Below are positions 31,693 through 39,079 of a stretch of DNA of 39,079 bases, in pieces. The translations under genes and the position numbers were made by a program. The notes below the pieces were generated by a model. The model had not been told where the DNA came from, ran no database searches, and saw only the letters and a list, made by a program, of their open reading frames with translations. This DNA comes from Acidimicrobiia bacterium (GTDB taxonomy: Bacteria > Actinomycetota > Acidimicrobiia > IMCC26256 > PALSA-555). The first letter of the stretch is position 1. Each line of letters starts with the position of its first letter. The DNA lies in contig DATBSK010000044.1 of assembly GCA_036559825.1 (NCBI GenBank), positions 1 through 39,079 of the forward strand. The letters run 5' to 3'.

Positions 31693-32753
31693 CGCTCGAC
31701 ATCGGGTTCGTCGGATGCGGGTTCATCGCGTCCATCCACTCGCTCGCGCTCACCATGCTCATGGACGCGAACCTCGTCGGCGCACGCGTGTCGGCGACGT
31801 ACGACACCGACCGTGGACGCGCGGAGACGCTCGCCGTCGGGCACGGGGCGACCGCGCACGATCGTCTCGACACGCTGCTCGACGCCGTGGACGTGGTCTG
31901 GGTGTGCACGTGGACGTCCGACCATCTCGCGGCCGTGCGCGGCGCGACCGACCGCGGGCGTGCCGTCTGGTGCGAGAAGCCGCTCGCACCCACGCTGGAC
32001 GAGTGTGTCGAGGTCGCGGAACTGCTCGATCGCGTCCCGCACCAGGTGGGTCTCGTGCTCCGCCACTCGCCCGTGTTCGAGGCCGCGGCCACGGCCGTCG
32101 CGTCGGGTGAGCACGGGCGGCCGCTCGCCGCGCTGCTCCGGGACGACCAGTACTTCCCGATCCAGGGTCAGTACGGATCCGACTGGCGGGCCGACGTCGG
32201 TCGCGCCGGCGGCGGGACGCTGCTCGAGCACTCGATCCACGACGTGGACGTGCTGCGCTGGATCCTCGGCGAGCCGACCCGGGTCAGCGCCCGGGTCGCG
32301 CAGCGCTTCGGCCATGCGGGGATCGACGATGTCGCGGACGCCACGCTGGAGCTCGCCGACGGCTCGGTCGCGACGCTGCTGAGCGTCTGGCACCAGATCC
32401 TGCGGCGGCCCTCGACACGCCGGATCGAGATCTTCTGCGAGGACGCGTTCCTCTGGGCCGATGACGATCACATCGGGCCGTTGCACGTCGAGCGCACGGA
32501 CGGCGTCAGCGTGATCGTCGGCGCTCCACCGGCGTGGAGCGAGGCGATCGACCTCCCGCCCGAGATCGCGCTTCCCCTGCTCCAGTACGCGGTGCCGGCC
32601 AAGGCGTTCCTCGACGCGCTCGCGGGCGGCCGGCGGCCGTTCCCCGATGCCGCGACCGCCCTCGCCGCGCACCGGATCGTCGATGCCGCATACCGGTCGG
32701 CGCGCGACGGAGGAGCCCCGGTCGAGCTCCCGGAGCCGCCGCGAGCGCGTTGA
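31689..32753 (+). CDS. Gfo/Idh/MocA-family oxidoreductase
   Basis: IGFVGCGFIASIH (Rossmann), VWCEKPLA (EKP motif). ATGA overlap with the dinB stop. Confidence 0.88.
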   Translation: MTLDIGFVGCGFIASIHSLALTMLMDANLVGARVSATYDTDRGRAETLAVGHGATAHDRLDTLLDAVDVVWVCTWTSDHLAAVRGATDRGRAVWCEKPLAPTLDECVEVAELLDRVPHQVGLVLRHSPVFEAAATAVASGEHGRPLAALLRDDQYFPIQGQYGSDWRADVGRAGGGTLLEHSIHDVDVLRWILGEPTRVSARVAQRFGHAGIDDVADATLELADGSVATLLSVWHQILRRPSTRRIEIFCEDAFLWADDDHIGPLHVERTDGVSVIVGAPPAWSEAIDLPPEIALPLLQYAVPAKAFLDALAGGRRPFPDAATALAAHRIVDAAYRSARDGGAPVELPEPPRAR

Positions 32754-32776
32754 GGGGGCCTCGCGCCTGCGCGACA

Positions 32777-33169
32777 ATGACGGCTGTGCCGCTCTCCGAG
32801 GACGAGCAACGGATCCTCCGCGAGATCGAGGCGAACCTCTCGGTCACGGATCCGAAGCTGGTGCAACAGGTCTCCGACACGACGCTGTACCGCCACGCGT
32901 CGCGGATGATCAAGTGGGCGGTGCTCGGCTTCGTCGGCGGGCTGGTCCTCATGGTGCTCACGTTCACGAGCGTGCTCGCCCTCGGCGTCGCCGGGTTCCT
33001 CATCATGCTGTTCTGCCTGCTCGTCATCGAGCGCAACGCACGCAAGATCGGGCGAGCCGGCCTCGAGAGCCTGACCGGGAACATGCGTGGTGGCGCGCTG
33101 AAGGGCATGTTCGGCTCCGCCGGCCAGCGTTGGCGGGAGCGCTGGCAGCGCGACGACGACACCCCCTGA
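32777..33169 (+). CDS. DUF3040 domain-containing membrane protein
   Basis: PLSEDEQRILREIEANLSVTDPKL followed by two hydrophobic helices, which is the typical DUF3040 layout. Confidence 0.8.
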   Translation: MTAVPLSEDEQRILREIEANLSVTDPKLVQQVSDTTLYRHASRMIKWAVLGFVGGLVLMVLTFTSVLALGVAGFLIMLFCLLVIERNARKIGRAGLESLTGNMRGGALKGMFGSAGQRWRERWQRDDDTP

Positions 33170-33178
33170 CGACGCCTG

Positions 33179-33628
33179 GTGGGGTACTCGGCCACCCAGG
33201 CGGCGCGGCTCGCCGGGTGCACCCCCGCCCAGCTCGAGAGCTGGGACCGAGCGGGGCTCGTCCGCACCCGGCCCGGTGACGACGGCCCGTACGCGTTCCG
33301 CGACCTCGTCGCCCTGCGCATGGTCCGCTCGCTGCTCGACGCCGGGCTCTCGCTCGGGCGGATCCGACGCGCCGTCACCGAGCTGGCCCAGGGTGGTGAG
33401 GAGCTCGCAGAGCTCCGCCTCGTGACCGACGGCGACCACGTGTGGGCCTGCCGCGACGACGGGCAGATCCTGGACGCGCTCGGCCGCGGTCAGCTCGCGC
33501 TGTTCGTCGCCGTGGACCGCCTGGCAGCCGAGGTGGAGGCCGAGGTGCGCGAGTTCTCCCGCGATCGACAGACGTTCCTCGACGACCTCCGATCCGACGG
33601 CCGCGACGACCACCCGGCCAGCTCCTAG
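33179..33628 (+). CDS. MerR-like helix-turn-helix protein
   Basis: YSATQAARLAGCTPAQLESWDRAGLV...YAFRDLVALRMVRSLLDAGLSLGRIRRAV. GTG start. Confidence 0.75.
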   Translation: MGYSATQAARLAGCTPAQLESWDRAGLVRTRPGDDGPYAFRDLVALRMVRSLLDAGLSLGRIRRAVTELAQGGEELAELRLVTDGDHVWACRDDGQILDALGRGQLALFVAVDRLAAEVEAEVREFSRDRQTFLDDLRSDGRDDHPASS

Positions 33629-33641
33629 GAGATGAAGCGGA

Positions 33642-33666
33642 GGCGTGGCCGGACGGCCGGGACGCC
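33642..33666. terminator. GC hairpin between convergent genes
   Basis: GGCGT-GGCC-GGAC-GGCC-(GGG bulge)-ACGCC, between the stops at 33628 (+) and 33685 (-). Confidence 0.3.
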
Positions 33667-33684
33667 GGAGCGGAATCGACCCAG

Positions 33685-35943
33685 CTAGACGAGCTCGTCG
33701 ACCTCGTCCCTGCGACCGAGCGTGCGCGTCGACAGCCGCGCCCGCAGACGTGCGAGCGCGCCGCCGTGCGCGTCGAGGGCCCGGCGAACCTCGTCGACGT
33801 CGCGCCACGCGGCGTCGGCCCGCGCGCCGGGCGGGGCGTCCTCCGAGTACCGGGCGTGCGTGTAGACCTCCGCGAGCGAGCGCAGCGCCGGGCGCGCCTG
33901 ATCGCCCGTGTCCTCGGGCACTCGCGCCGCCAGCTCGTACGGGGTCTCCGACGGCGACGTCGCGATGTGATGGTCAGCGAGCGTGTCGATGAGCTCGTGC
34001 CACGCGCCGACGATGGCGCGACGCGGATCCGCGCTCGCGCGCCGACGCGTGCGGCGGCGGCGCTTCCACACGAGCACGCCGACCAGGGGCGCGAGCAGGA
34101 GGCCCAGGAGGACGGCGACAGCGACGAACGGCCACCACGCGGCACCGCCGCCCGGCTCCTGCGAGCTGCCCGCCGTGATCCTCACGCCGCCGCCCTTCGG
34201 TGCGGACGCGGGCGGTGCGGACGCGCCCGGCACCGTCGACGGCGGCCCGGCGGTTGCGGGCGGGGCCGTGGTCGTCGGCGGCGCGACCGTCGGTGTCGAG
34301 GTCGGCGGGATCACGCGCGCCGGCTCGCCGCTGAGTCCGCTCCCGCCGGGCAGGTCGCTCGGTGGCGTCGGGTCGAAGAGGTGCGTCCAGCCGATGCCAC
34401 CGAACCAGACCTCCGGCCAGGCGTGCGCGTCGTGGTTCGTCACCGTGAAGGTGCCGGTCGTCGCGTCGAGAGCACCCGACGTGAAGCCGACCGCGACGCG
34501 CGCCGGGATCCCGAGCGACCGCGCCATCAGGGCGTACGCGGTGGCGAACTGGACACAGAAGCCGCGGCGATCCCGAAGGAAGGCTGCGACTGCGGCCTCG
34601 TCGTCGCCCAGTGAGATCATCGGGTCGTACGTGAACGCGCCGCTGCGGAAGTAGTCGCGGAGTGCCGTGGCGCGATCGATCGGGTCGTCGAGCCCCGCCG
34701 CGAGGCTGCGCGCGGTCTCCGCGACGACCGGGGGGAGGTCGGGCGGCAGCTTCGTGTAGGCCGCGAGCTCGGGCGGCACCGTGGTCGCGGACGCGGTCCG
34801 GCGATCCTCGGCGTCGATCGTCCGGTGTGGCGTCGCCGACGTGACCTGATACCGGAGACCCGTGACGCTGTCACGGCCGGTCACGAGCGTCGACGAGGCG
34901 CGCACGACGAGCGTGTCGGGTTCGCTCACACGGACCGCCCGGTACGCCGCCGGCATCCACCGCTCGGTGAGCGGACCGATCTCGTAGCGCTGGACGAGTG
35001 CGCCCCGCGGCACCGGCTCGTCGAGGCCGGTGCCGACCGCGTCGTCTCCCTCGGCCGTCAGCGCCCACTGGCCGCCCGCGTCGGAGCGGTACTGGTCGAG
35101 CGCGGTGATGCGCCAGTAGTCGGCCTCGTCGGCCTCCACCGTGAACAGCTGCTGCACGTCCTGCTGCCGGAGCTTGTCGCCGACGTCGAGCAGCGGGGGG
35201 ATCTGGGTCCGGTAGCTCCGCGCACCCCCGGACTGGTCGCCGAGGCCGTCGGTGTCGAGGAGCGGCCGATCGGCGTCGGGCAGCGCGATGGCACCGGCGA
35301 CGCCGGCGCCGACGGCGAGCGTCCCGGCGAGCACCGCGACGAGGAGCGCCCTCGGTGCGTCGAGCACGCGCCGCGCCGGCCCGAGATGGGTGCGATGGCG
35401 CTCGAGCAGGCGCTGGTGCTGCAGGGCGAGGAAGAGGACGGCGGCGACGCCGAAGGCGCCGACGCTGAGCCAACGGTCCTCGTTGGTCCCGAGCGCGATG
35501 CACCAGATGACGACGACGACGCCGGGAGCGATCGCACCGAGGCTCGCGTCGCGGCGGAACGCGAGCGCGTCGGCACCGGCGGCGACGACCCAGACCACGA
35601 CCGCGGCGAGCACGATGATGCCCGCGCGCGCCGGCAGCGGAACCGGCTGCAGGCGCACCACGTCCCACCCCGCGTGGACCCGATCGAGCACGGGCCCGGG
35701 TGACGGTCCGCCGGGCGTCGCGACGAGGATCCCGAGGCCGAGCACCGTCGCGGAGGCGAGCAGCTCGACCCAGAGCTCCCGTCGCAAGGCACGCGTCGCC
35801 GCTGCGACCAGGTGCGGGAGCACGGCCGCGACGACGAGCGGCGCGATCCAGCGGTCACCGGCGAAGACCCGCCCGAAGGCGAGCGCGACGGTGACGCTCA
35901 GCGCGGCGAGCGCAGCGCAGACCGGGACGTCGCGGGGTTCCAT
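33685..35943 (-). CDS. Transglutaminase-like membrane protein (TgpA type: DUF3488 + transglutaminase core + DUF4129)
   Basis: N-terminal multi-pass membrane region. Catalytic-core motifs RRGFCVQFATAYALMARSLGIPARV (Cys), HAWPEVWF (His), FDPTP (Asp). Pro/Thr/Ala-rich linker, a TM helix and a C-terminal DUF4129-like tail. Confidence 0.9.
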   Translation of the reverse strand: MEPRDVPVCAALAALSVTVALAFGRVFAGDRWIAPLVVAAVLPHLVAAATRALRRELWVELLASATVLGLGILVATPGGPSPGPVLDRVHAGWDVVRLQPVPLPARAGIIVLAAVVVWVVAAGADALAFRRDASLGAIAPGVVVVIWCIALGTNEDRWLSVGAFGVAAVLFLALQHQRLLERHRTHLGPARRVLDAPRALLVAVLAGTLAVGAGVAGAIALPDADRPLLDTDGLGDQSGGARSYRTQIPPLLDVGDKLRQQDVQQLFTVEADEADYWRITALDQYRSDAGGQWALTAEGDDAVGTGLDEPVPRGALVQRYEIGPLTERWMPAAYRAVRVSEPDTLVVRASSTLVTGRDSVTGLRYQVTSATPHRTIDAEDRRTASATTVPPELAAYTKLPPDLPPVVAETARSLAAGLDDPIDRATALRDYFRSGAFTYDPMISLGDDEAAVAAFLRDRRGFCVQFATAYALMARSLGIPARVAVGFTSGALDATTGTFTVTNHDAHAWPEVWFGGIGWTHLFDPTPPSDLPGGSGLSGEPARVIPPTSTPTVAPPTTTAPPATAGPPSTVPGASAPPASAPKGGGVRITAGSSQEPGGGAAWWPFVAVAVLLGLLLAPLVGVLVWKRRRRTRRRASADPRRAIVGAWHELIDTLADHHIATSPSETPYELAARVPEDTGDQARPALRSLAEVYTHARYSEDAPPGARADAAWRDVDEVRRALDAHGGALARLRARLSTRTLGRRDEVDELV

Positions 35944-37109
35944 CGCTCTCTCCGGCGCGCGGCCGCCCGGTTCCAGGCGGCGGCGAGGGGCTGGGACGCG
36001 GCATCGACCAACCCGGGCACGGGTGCGGTGGTCGGCGGTCGCGTCGCGATGACGGCGAGCGCCGCACGCCGGTGCATGGGCGCGACGGCGTCGCGCAACG
36101 CGCGATCCGGGGCGCCGGTGGCGACGACGAGCGCACCGATCCCGAGGCGCGACGCCAGCTGGGCACCGAGCGCGGCGAGATGGTCGGGACCGCCGACATC
36201 GACGACGGCCAGCCGGTCGAGCAGGAGCTCCACCGACCCGGCGCCGGGGCGCCCGAGGACCTCGCCGGCCGTCGTGAACACGTCGACGGGCGTCTGGTCG
36301 TCGCGGCAGCGGACTGCGAGCGACGCGACGGCCTCGACCGCGACCTCGAACGAGTCGTTGTCGTGGACCTCAGGACGGGTGTCGAGGAGGAGCACGACAC
36401 GCCCGGGAGCGGCGGCCTCGTCGAGCCGCAGGACGAGCTCTCCCGTGCGCGCGGTCGACCGCCAGTGCACGCGGCGGGGATCGTCGCCGGGCTCGTACGC
36501 GCGCAGCGCGAGGAACTCGCCGGCGCTCTCGGGTGCCGGCACGCGCGGTCCCTCCGCATGCGGGTCGGGCTCGCCGCCCAGGCTCCGGCGAGGCGCGAGG
36601 ACGTCGTGCAGACGCGGGCGCACGACGAGGTCGGTCGGTGGCGTCACGACCCACGCGCGCCGCACCAGCCCGAAGGGGTCGGCGACGACGGCGAGCAGCG
36701 GGCCGAGCTCGTGGACGCCGCGGCGCGTCGTCGGCACGCGGTAGGTCGCGCGCACGGGCTCGTCCGCGGGCGACGGGGGCAGCACGAAGCGCGCCGACCG
36801 GCGGCCTCCGTCGACACGCTCCGTGAGCGAGAGGAGGGGAGTGCGCGCCGTCGTCCGCCCGTCGAGGACGACCCGGCCCTCGCCGCCCACGTGGACACGG
36901 GACGGGCGCGCCGTACGCGCAACCGACAGCGCGGGCCGCCCGCGCAGCACGGCGATCACGCCGAAGGCGAGCAGGAGGACACCCGCGATCCCGAGGCCGG
37001 CGAGCGCACCTGCACCCAGGATCCGCGCCCCGACGAAGAGCCCCACCGACGCGCCGACGAGGGTCCAGCCCCGCCGTGTCGGCGTGGGCCGGCCGAGCGG
37101 GTCGGCCAC
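35898..37109 (-). CDS. DUF58 domain-containing protein
   Basis: GEFLALRAYEPGDDPRRVHWRSTARTGELVLR is the DUF58 signature. N-terminal TM helices. Its 3-prime end overlaps the tgpA start by 46 nt. Confidence 0.88.
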   Translation of the reverse strand: MADPLGRPTPTRRGWTLVGASVGLFVGARILGAGALAGLGIAGVLLLAFGVIAVLRGRPALSVARTARPSRVHVGGEGRVVLDGRTTARTPLLSLTERVDGGRRSARFVLPPSPADEPVRATYRVPTTRRGVHELGPLLAVVADPFGLVRRAWVVTPPTDLVVRPRLHDVLAPRRSLGGEPDPHAEGPRVPAPESAGEFLALRAYEPGDDPRRVHWRSTARTGELVLRLDEAAAPGRVVLLLDTRPEVHDNDSFEVAVEAVASLAVRCRDDQTPVDVFTTAGEVLGRPGAGSVELLLDRLAVVDVGGPDHLAALGAQLASRLGIGALVVATGAPDRALRDAVAPMHRRAALAVIATRPPTTAPVPGLVDAASQPLAAAWNRAAARRRERWNPATSRSALRSPR

Positions 37110-37111
37110 GA

Positions 37112-38089
37112 TCAGCCGGTGGCGCCCGGGACGCGCACCAGCTCGACGACCGAGCGGATGACGTCGACGCCGCGCACGCCTCGGAGGCCGGCCTCGGGCG
37201 TGGTGATGATCCGATGCTCCAGGATGCTCGGCGCGAGCGCCTTGACGTCGTCGGGGATCACGTAGTCACGGCCCGACGACGCCGCGTACGCGCGCGCGGC
37301 GCGTTGGAGCGCGAGCGCGCCGCGGGGGCTGACGCCGAGCACGAGATCATGGTGGCGCCGGGTCGCGTCGGCGAGATCGACGATGTAGTGCTGGATGGCG
37401 GGAGCCACGTGCACCATCGTGACCGCGTCGGCGGCGGCCGCGACGTCGGCCGCCGAGGCGACCGGCTCCAGCGAGTCGACGCGCAGGTGGCCGGTGCCGG
37501 AGCCGTGCGTGTCGAGGATCGCGACCTCCGCGTCCCGGCTCGGGTACCCGATGGGCAGCCGCATCAGGAAGCGGTCGAGCTGGGCCTCGGGGAGGGGATA
37601 TGTGCCCTCGAGCTCGATGGGGTTCTGGGTCGCGATCACGAGGAACGGACGCGGCAGCGAGTACGTCCGTGCGTCGACCGTGACCTGGCGTTCCTCCATC
37701 GCCTCGAGCAGCGCAGACTGCGTCTTCGGCGACGCGCGATTGATCTCGTCGGCGAGCACGACGTGCGCGAAGACGCCACCGGGGCGGAACTCGAACTCGT
37801 TCGTGGCCCGGTTCCAGACCGACACCCCGAGCACGTCCGACGGGAGGAGGTCCGGTGTGAACTGGATCCGGTTCGCGCTCGCGGCGATGGACCGCGCGAG
37901 CGCCTTGGCGAGGGACGTCTTGCCCACACCGGGGACGTCCTCGACGAGGAGGTGGCCTTCCGCGAGCAGGCACACGAGCGCGAGCGACACCTGTTCGCGC
38001 TTTCCCTGGATCACGCGCTCGATGTTGCCGAGCAGCACGTCGAAGAGGGCCGCCACGTCGACCCGACGCGCGGCAACGGGTTGCGCCAT
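37112..38089 (-). CDS. MoxR-family AAA+ ATPase
   Basis: HLLVEDVPGVGKTSLAKALA (Walker A), VVLADEINRASPKTQSALLEAMEERQVTV (Walker B/sensor), full-length 325 aa. Confidence 0.95.
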   Translation of the reverse strand: MAQPVAARRVDVAALFDVLLGNIERVIQGKREQVSLALVCLLAEGHLLVEDVPGVGKTSLAKALARSIAASANRIQFTPDLLPSDVLGVSVWNRATNEFEFRPGGVFAHVVLADEINRASPKTQSALLEAMEERQVTVDARTYSLPRPFLVIATQNPIELEGTYPLPEAQLDRFLMRLPIGYPSRDAEVAILDTHGSGTGHLRVDSLEPVASAADVAAAADAVTMVHVAPAIQHYIVDLADATRRHHDLVLGVSPRGALALQRAARAYAASSGRDYVIPDDVKALAPSILEHRIITTPEAGLRGVRGVDVIRSVVELVRVPGATG

Positions 38090-38101
38090 TGCTAGGGACT
38101 C

Positions 38102-38440
38102 GTGGGAACGCTCGCGTGCTCCACGGATGGCGACGGTAGCAGCGCGTCTCGACGGTACCGTGACCGCGTGCGGCGCCGACGCGGATCGTGGCTCGCCGCG
38201 CTCGCGGGCATCGCGGCGCGACCGTGGCTCTGGGGCGAAGCGGTCGCGGCGAGCGTGCGCATGGCGCGGCCGCGCTGGTGGCGGCGGCCCCCGTTCCTGC
38301 CCGTTCCGGACAGCTCGTACGTCGCCTTCCGCCTCGAGACCCAGTACGGCTCGGACGGCGCCCCGGCGCGGCGCGACCTGGTCACCTACCTCGAGTGGTG
38401 CCGCTCGCAGCGCGCCATCATGCGCCGGGCCCGCCGGTAG
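38102..38440 (+). CDS. Hypothetical Arg/Trp-rich small protein
   Basis: ...AARPWLWGEAVAASVRMARPRWWRRPPFLPVPDSSYVAFRLETQYG...LVTYLEWCR. The start is uncertain: GTG 38102 leaves only 12 bp to moxR, so GTG 38168 is more plausible. No recognisable domain. Confidence 0.45.
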   Translation: MGTLACSTDGDGSSASRRYRDRVRRRRGSWLAALAGIAARPWLWGEAVAASVRMARPRWWRRPPFLPVPDSSYVAFRLETQYGSDGAPARRDLVTYLEWCRSQRAIMRRARR

Positions 38441-38473
38441 CCCTCATTACACTCACCACGCAACGCACGCACC

Positions 38474-38524
38474 GGGAGCGAGCGTGGAGCGGGCCCGGGC
38501 ATCCCGGGCCCGGAGCGAGCGAGC
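38474..38524 (+). repeat. Intergenic structured element (family copy C) upstream of, or fused in frame to, the HNH gene
   Basis: GGGAGCGAGCGTGGAGC-GGGCCCGGG-CAT-CCCGGGCCC-GGAGCGAGCGAGC. Perfect 9-bp stem at 38491-38511, flanked by direct GAGCGAGCG boxes. Confidence 0.5.
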
Positions 38525-38537
38525 AAGGGGAGATGGC

Positions 38538-39047
38538 TTGGGGAGAGCGCTGCTGCTCAACGCCACCTTCGAGCCCCTCTGCGTCGTGTCCGCCCGGCGG
38601 GCCGTCGTGCTCGTGCTCAAGGCGAAGGCGGAGGTCGTGGAACGCAACGGCGCCGCCTTCCGCTCGGAGCGCGCGGTCATCCCGGTCCCGTCGGTGGTGC
38701 GCCTCACGCACTTCGTGCGCGTCCCGTACCGGACCCGCGTGCCCCTGTCGCGGCGCGCGGTGTTCGCCCGTGACGGGCATCGCTGTCAGTACTGCGGCCG
38801 CAGCGCCGAGAACCTCGACCACGTCCTCCCGCGCTCGCGGGGCGGAACGCACAGCTGGGACAACGTCGTCGCCTCCTGCCGTCCGTGCAACGCGCGCAAG
38901 GAGGACCGGCTCCCTCAGGAGGCGGGCCTCCGCCTGCGCCGCGCGCCCGCCGTCCCCCACGCCGACCTCTGGCTGATCGCGACCGCCGGCGCGCTCGACC
39001 CCGCCTGGACGCCCTACCTCCCAGGCCTGGAGGCCGTCCCCGCCTAG
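38538..39047 (+). CDS. HNH endonuclease family protein
   Basis: LLLNATFEPLCVVSARRAV..., HNH core RDGHRCQYCG...LDHVLPRSRGGTHSWDNVVASCRPCNARK. TTG 38538 is preceded by AAGGGGAG at 5-nt spacing. An in-frame GTG at 38484 is an alternative. Confidence 0.85.
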   Translation: MGRALLLNATFEPLCVVSARRAVVLVLKAKAEVVERNGAAFRSERAVIPVPSVVRLTHFVRVPYRTRVPLSRRAVFARDGHRCQYCGRSAENLDHVLPRSRGGTHSWDNVVASCRPCNARKEDRLPQEAGLRLRRAPAVPHADLWLIATAGALDPAWTPYLPGLEAVPA

Positions 39048-39079
39048 GCACACCACCCCGCGCCGGGCCGGGGAGAGGG

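Noticed and set aside
34170-34330. An apparent low-complexity, repeat-like stretch on the minus strand (PPTSTPTVAPPTTTAPPATAGPPSTVPGASAPPASAP).
   Set aside because: This is a Pro/Thr/Ala-rich linker inside tgpA, between the transglutaminase core and the C-terminal TM/DUF4129 part. That is a common feature of this family, not a nucleotide-level repeat element.
24637-38537. Track ORFs 24637..26019 (-), 26834..28090 (-), 28087..28989 (-), 31617..32777 (-), 32468..33808 (-), 33442..34614 (+), 34825..35703 (+), 36072..37265 (+), 37076..38095 (+) and the 5-prime 1.1 kb of 37395..39047 (+).
   Set aside because: These are shadow ORFs opposite pfkA, threonine aldolase, SDR, Gfo/Idh/MocA, tgpA, DUF58 and moxR. 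Only the last 170 codons of 37395..39047 (the HNH endonuclease) carry a recognisable domain.
38188-38976. Track ORF 38188..38976 (+, 262 aa) containing an ATG (MAWGERCC...) just downstream of the element hairpin.
   Set aside because: The frame gives Arg/Pro/Ser-rich sequence with no domain. The overlapping frame gives a complete HNH endonuclease with a canonical H-N-H/Cys core and its own ribosome-binding site.
1-39079. A search by eye for tRNA, rRNA, riboswitch, integrase, transposase, toxin-antitoxin or known phage-defence modules (including Septu-like AAA+/HNH pairing of moxR and the HNH gene).
   Set aside because: - No T-arm/GTTCGAATC-like tRNA signatures, rRNA segments or recombinase motifs were seen.
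- moxR belongs to the standard moxR-DUF58-transglutaminase operon.
- The HNH gene is a small stand-alone conserved type on the opposite strand, separated from moxR by another ORF.
- I therefore see no evidence for a defence system here.

Overview
This is a high-GC (roughly 70% or more by eye), densely coding, actinobacterial-type chromosomal segment with about 45 genes. I found no rRNA, tRNA, CRISPR array, transposase, integrase or recognisable defence system. Many long ORFs in the track are antisense shadow ORFs typical of high-GC DNA and were rejected.

Gene content:
- 1-13.3 kb: an acyl-CoA-centred catabolic cluster. It holds two SDRs, a MaoC-type hotdog protein, a tandem-fused family III CoA-transferase, an amidohydrolase_2 protein, a MerR regulator, and a DUF35 + SCP-x-type thiolase + enoyl-CoA hydratase + ADP-forming acyl-CoA synthetase operon. 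A ferredoxin reductase and a second crotonase follow.
- 13.3-29.6 kb: core and envelope metabolism. This includes an MFS transporter, a GT4 glycosyltransferase, an SRPBCC protein, a ROK glucokinase, an LLM oxidoreductase, a PaaI thioesterase, a crotonase, a HAD hydrolase, an AlaC-like aminotransferase, PlsC, GlpK, PfkA, TesB, a threonine aldolase, an SDR and a PIG-L deacetylase.
- 29.6-39 kb: a Nudix hydrolase, DinB, a Gfo/Idh/MocA oxidoreductase, a DUF3040 protein, a MerR-like protein, the moxR-DUF58-transglutaminase (TgpA) operon and an HNH endonuclease.

The most unusual signal is not a protein system. It is a family of short structured intergenic elements, six copies at five loci. They occupy every co-directional intergenic spacer longer than about 60 bp in the window, always in the sense orientation of the flanking genes. 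At three loci (four copies) the element is an exact bridging mini-ORF. Its start overlaps the upstream stop (GTGA or ATGA) and its stop overlaps the downstream start, with a duplicated junction sequence at both ends. One locus is a 2 x 77 bp tandem array. This architecture matches what is known for mycobacterial MIRUs.

Secondary observations:
- A shared TGACG-N4-CGTCA palindrome in the divergent promoter regions of the catabolic cluster.
- A nested palindrome filling one divergent spacer.
- A textbook MerR divergon (the only AT-rich patch in the window) driving a 42-codon ORF.
- A fused double CaiB protein with one apparently degenerate active site.

All functional calls rest on motif recognition by eye. 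No searches were run.
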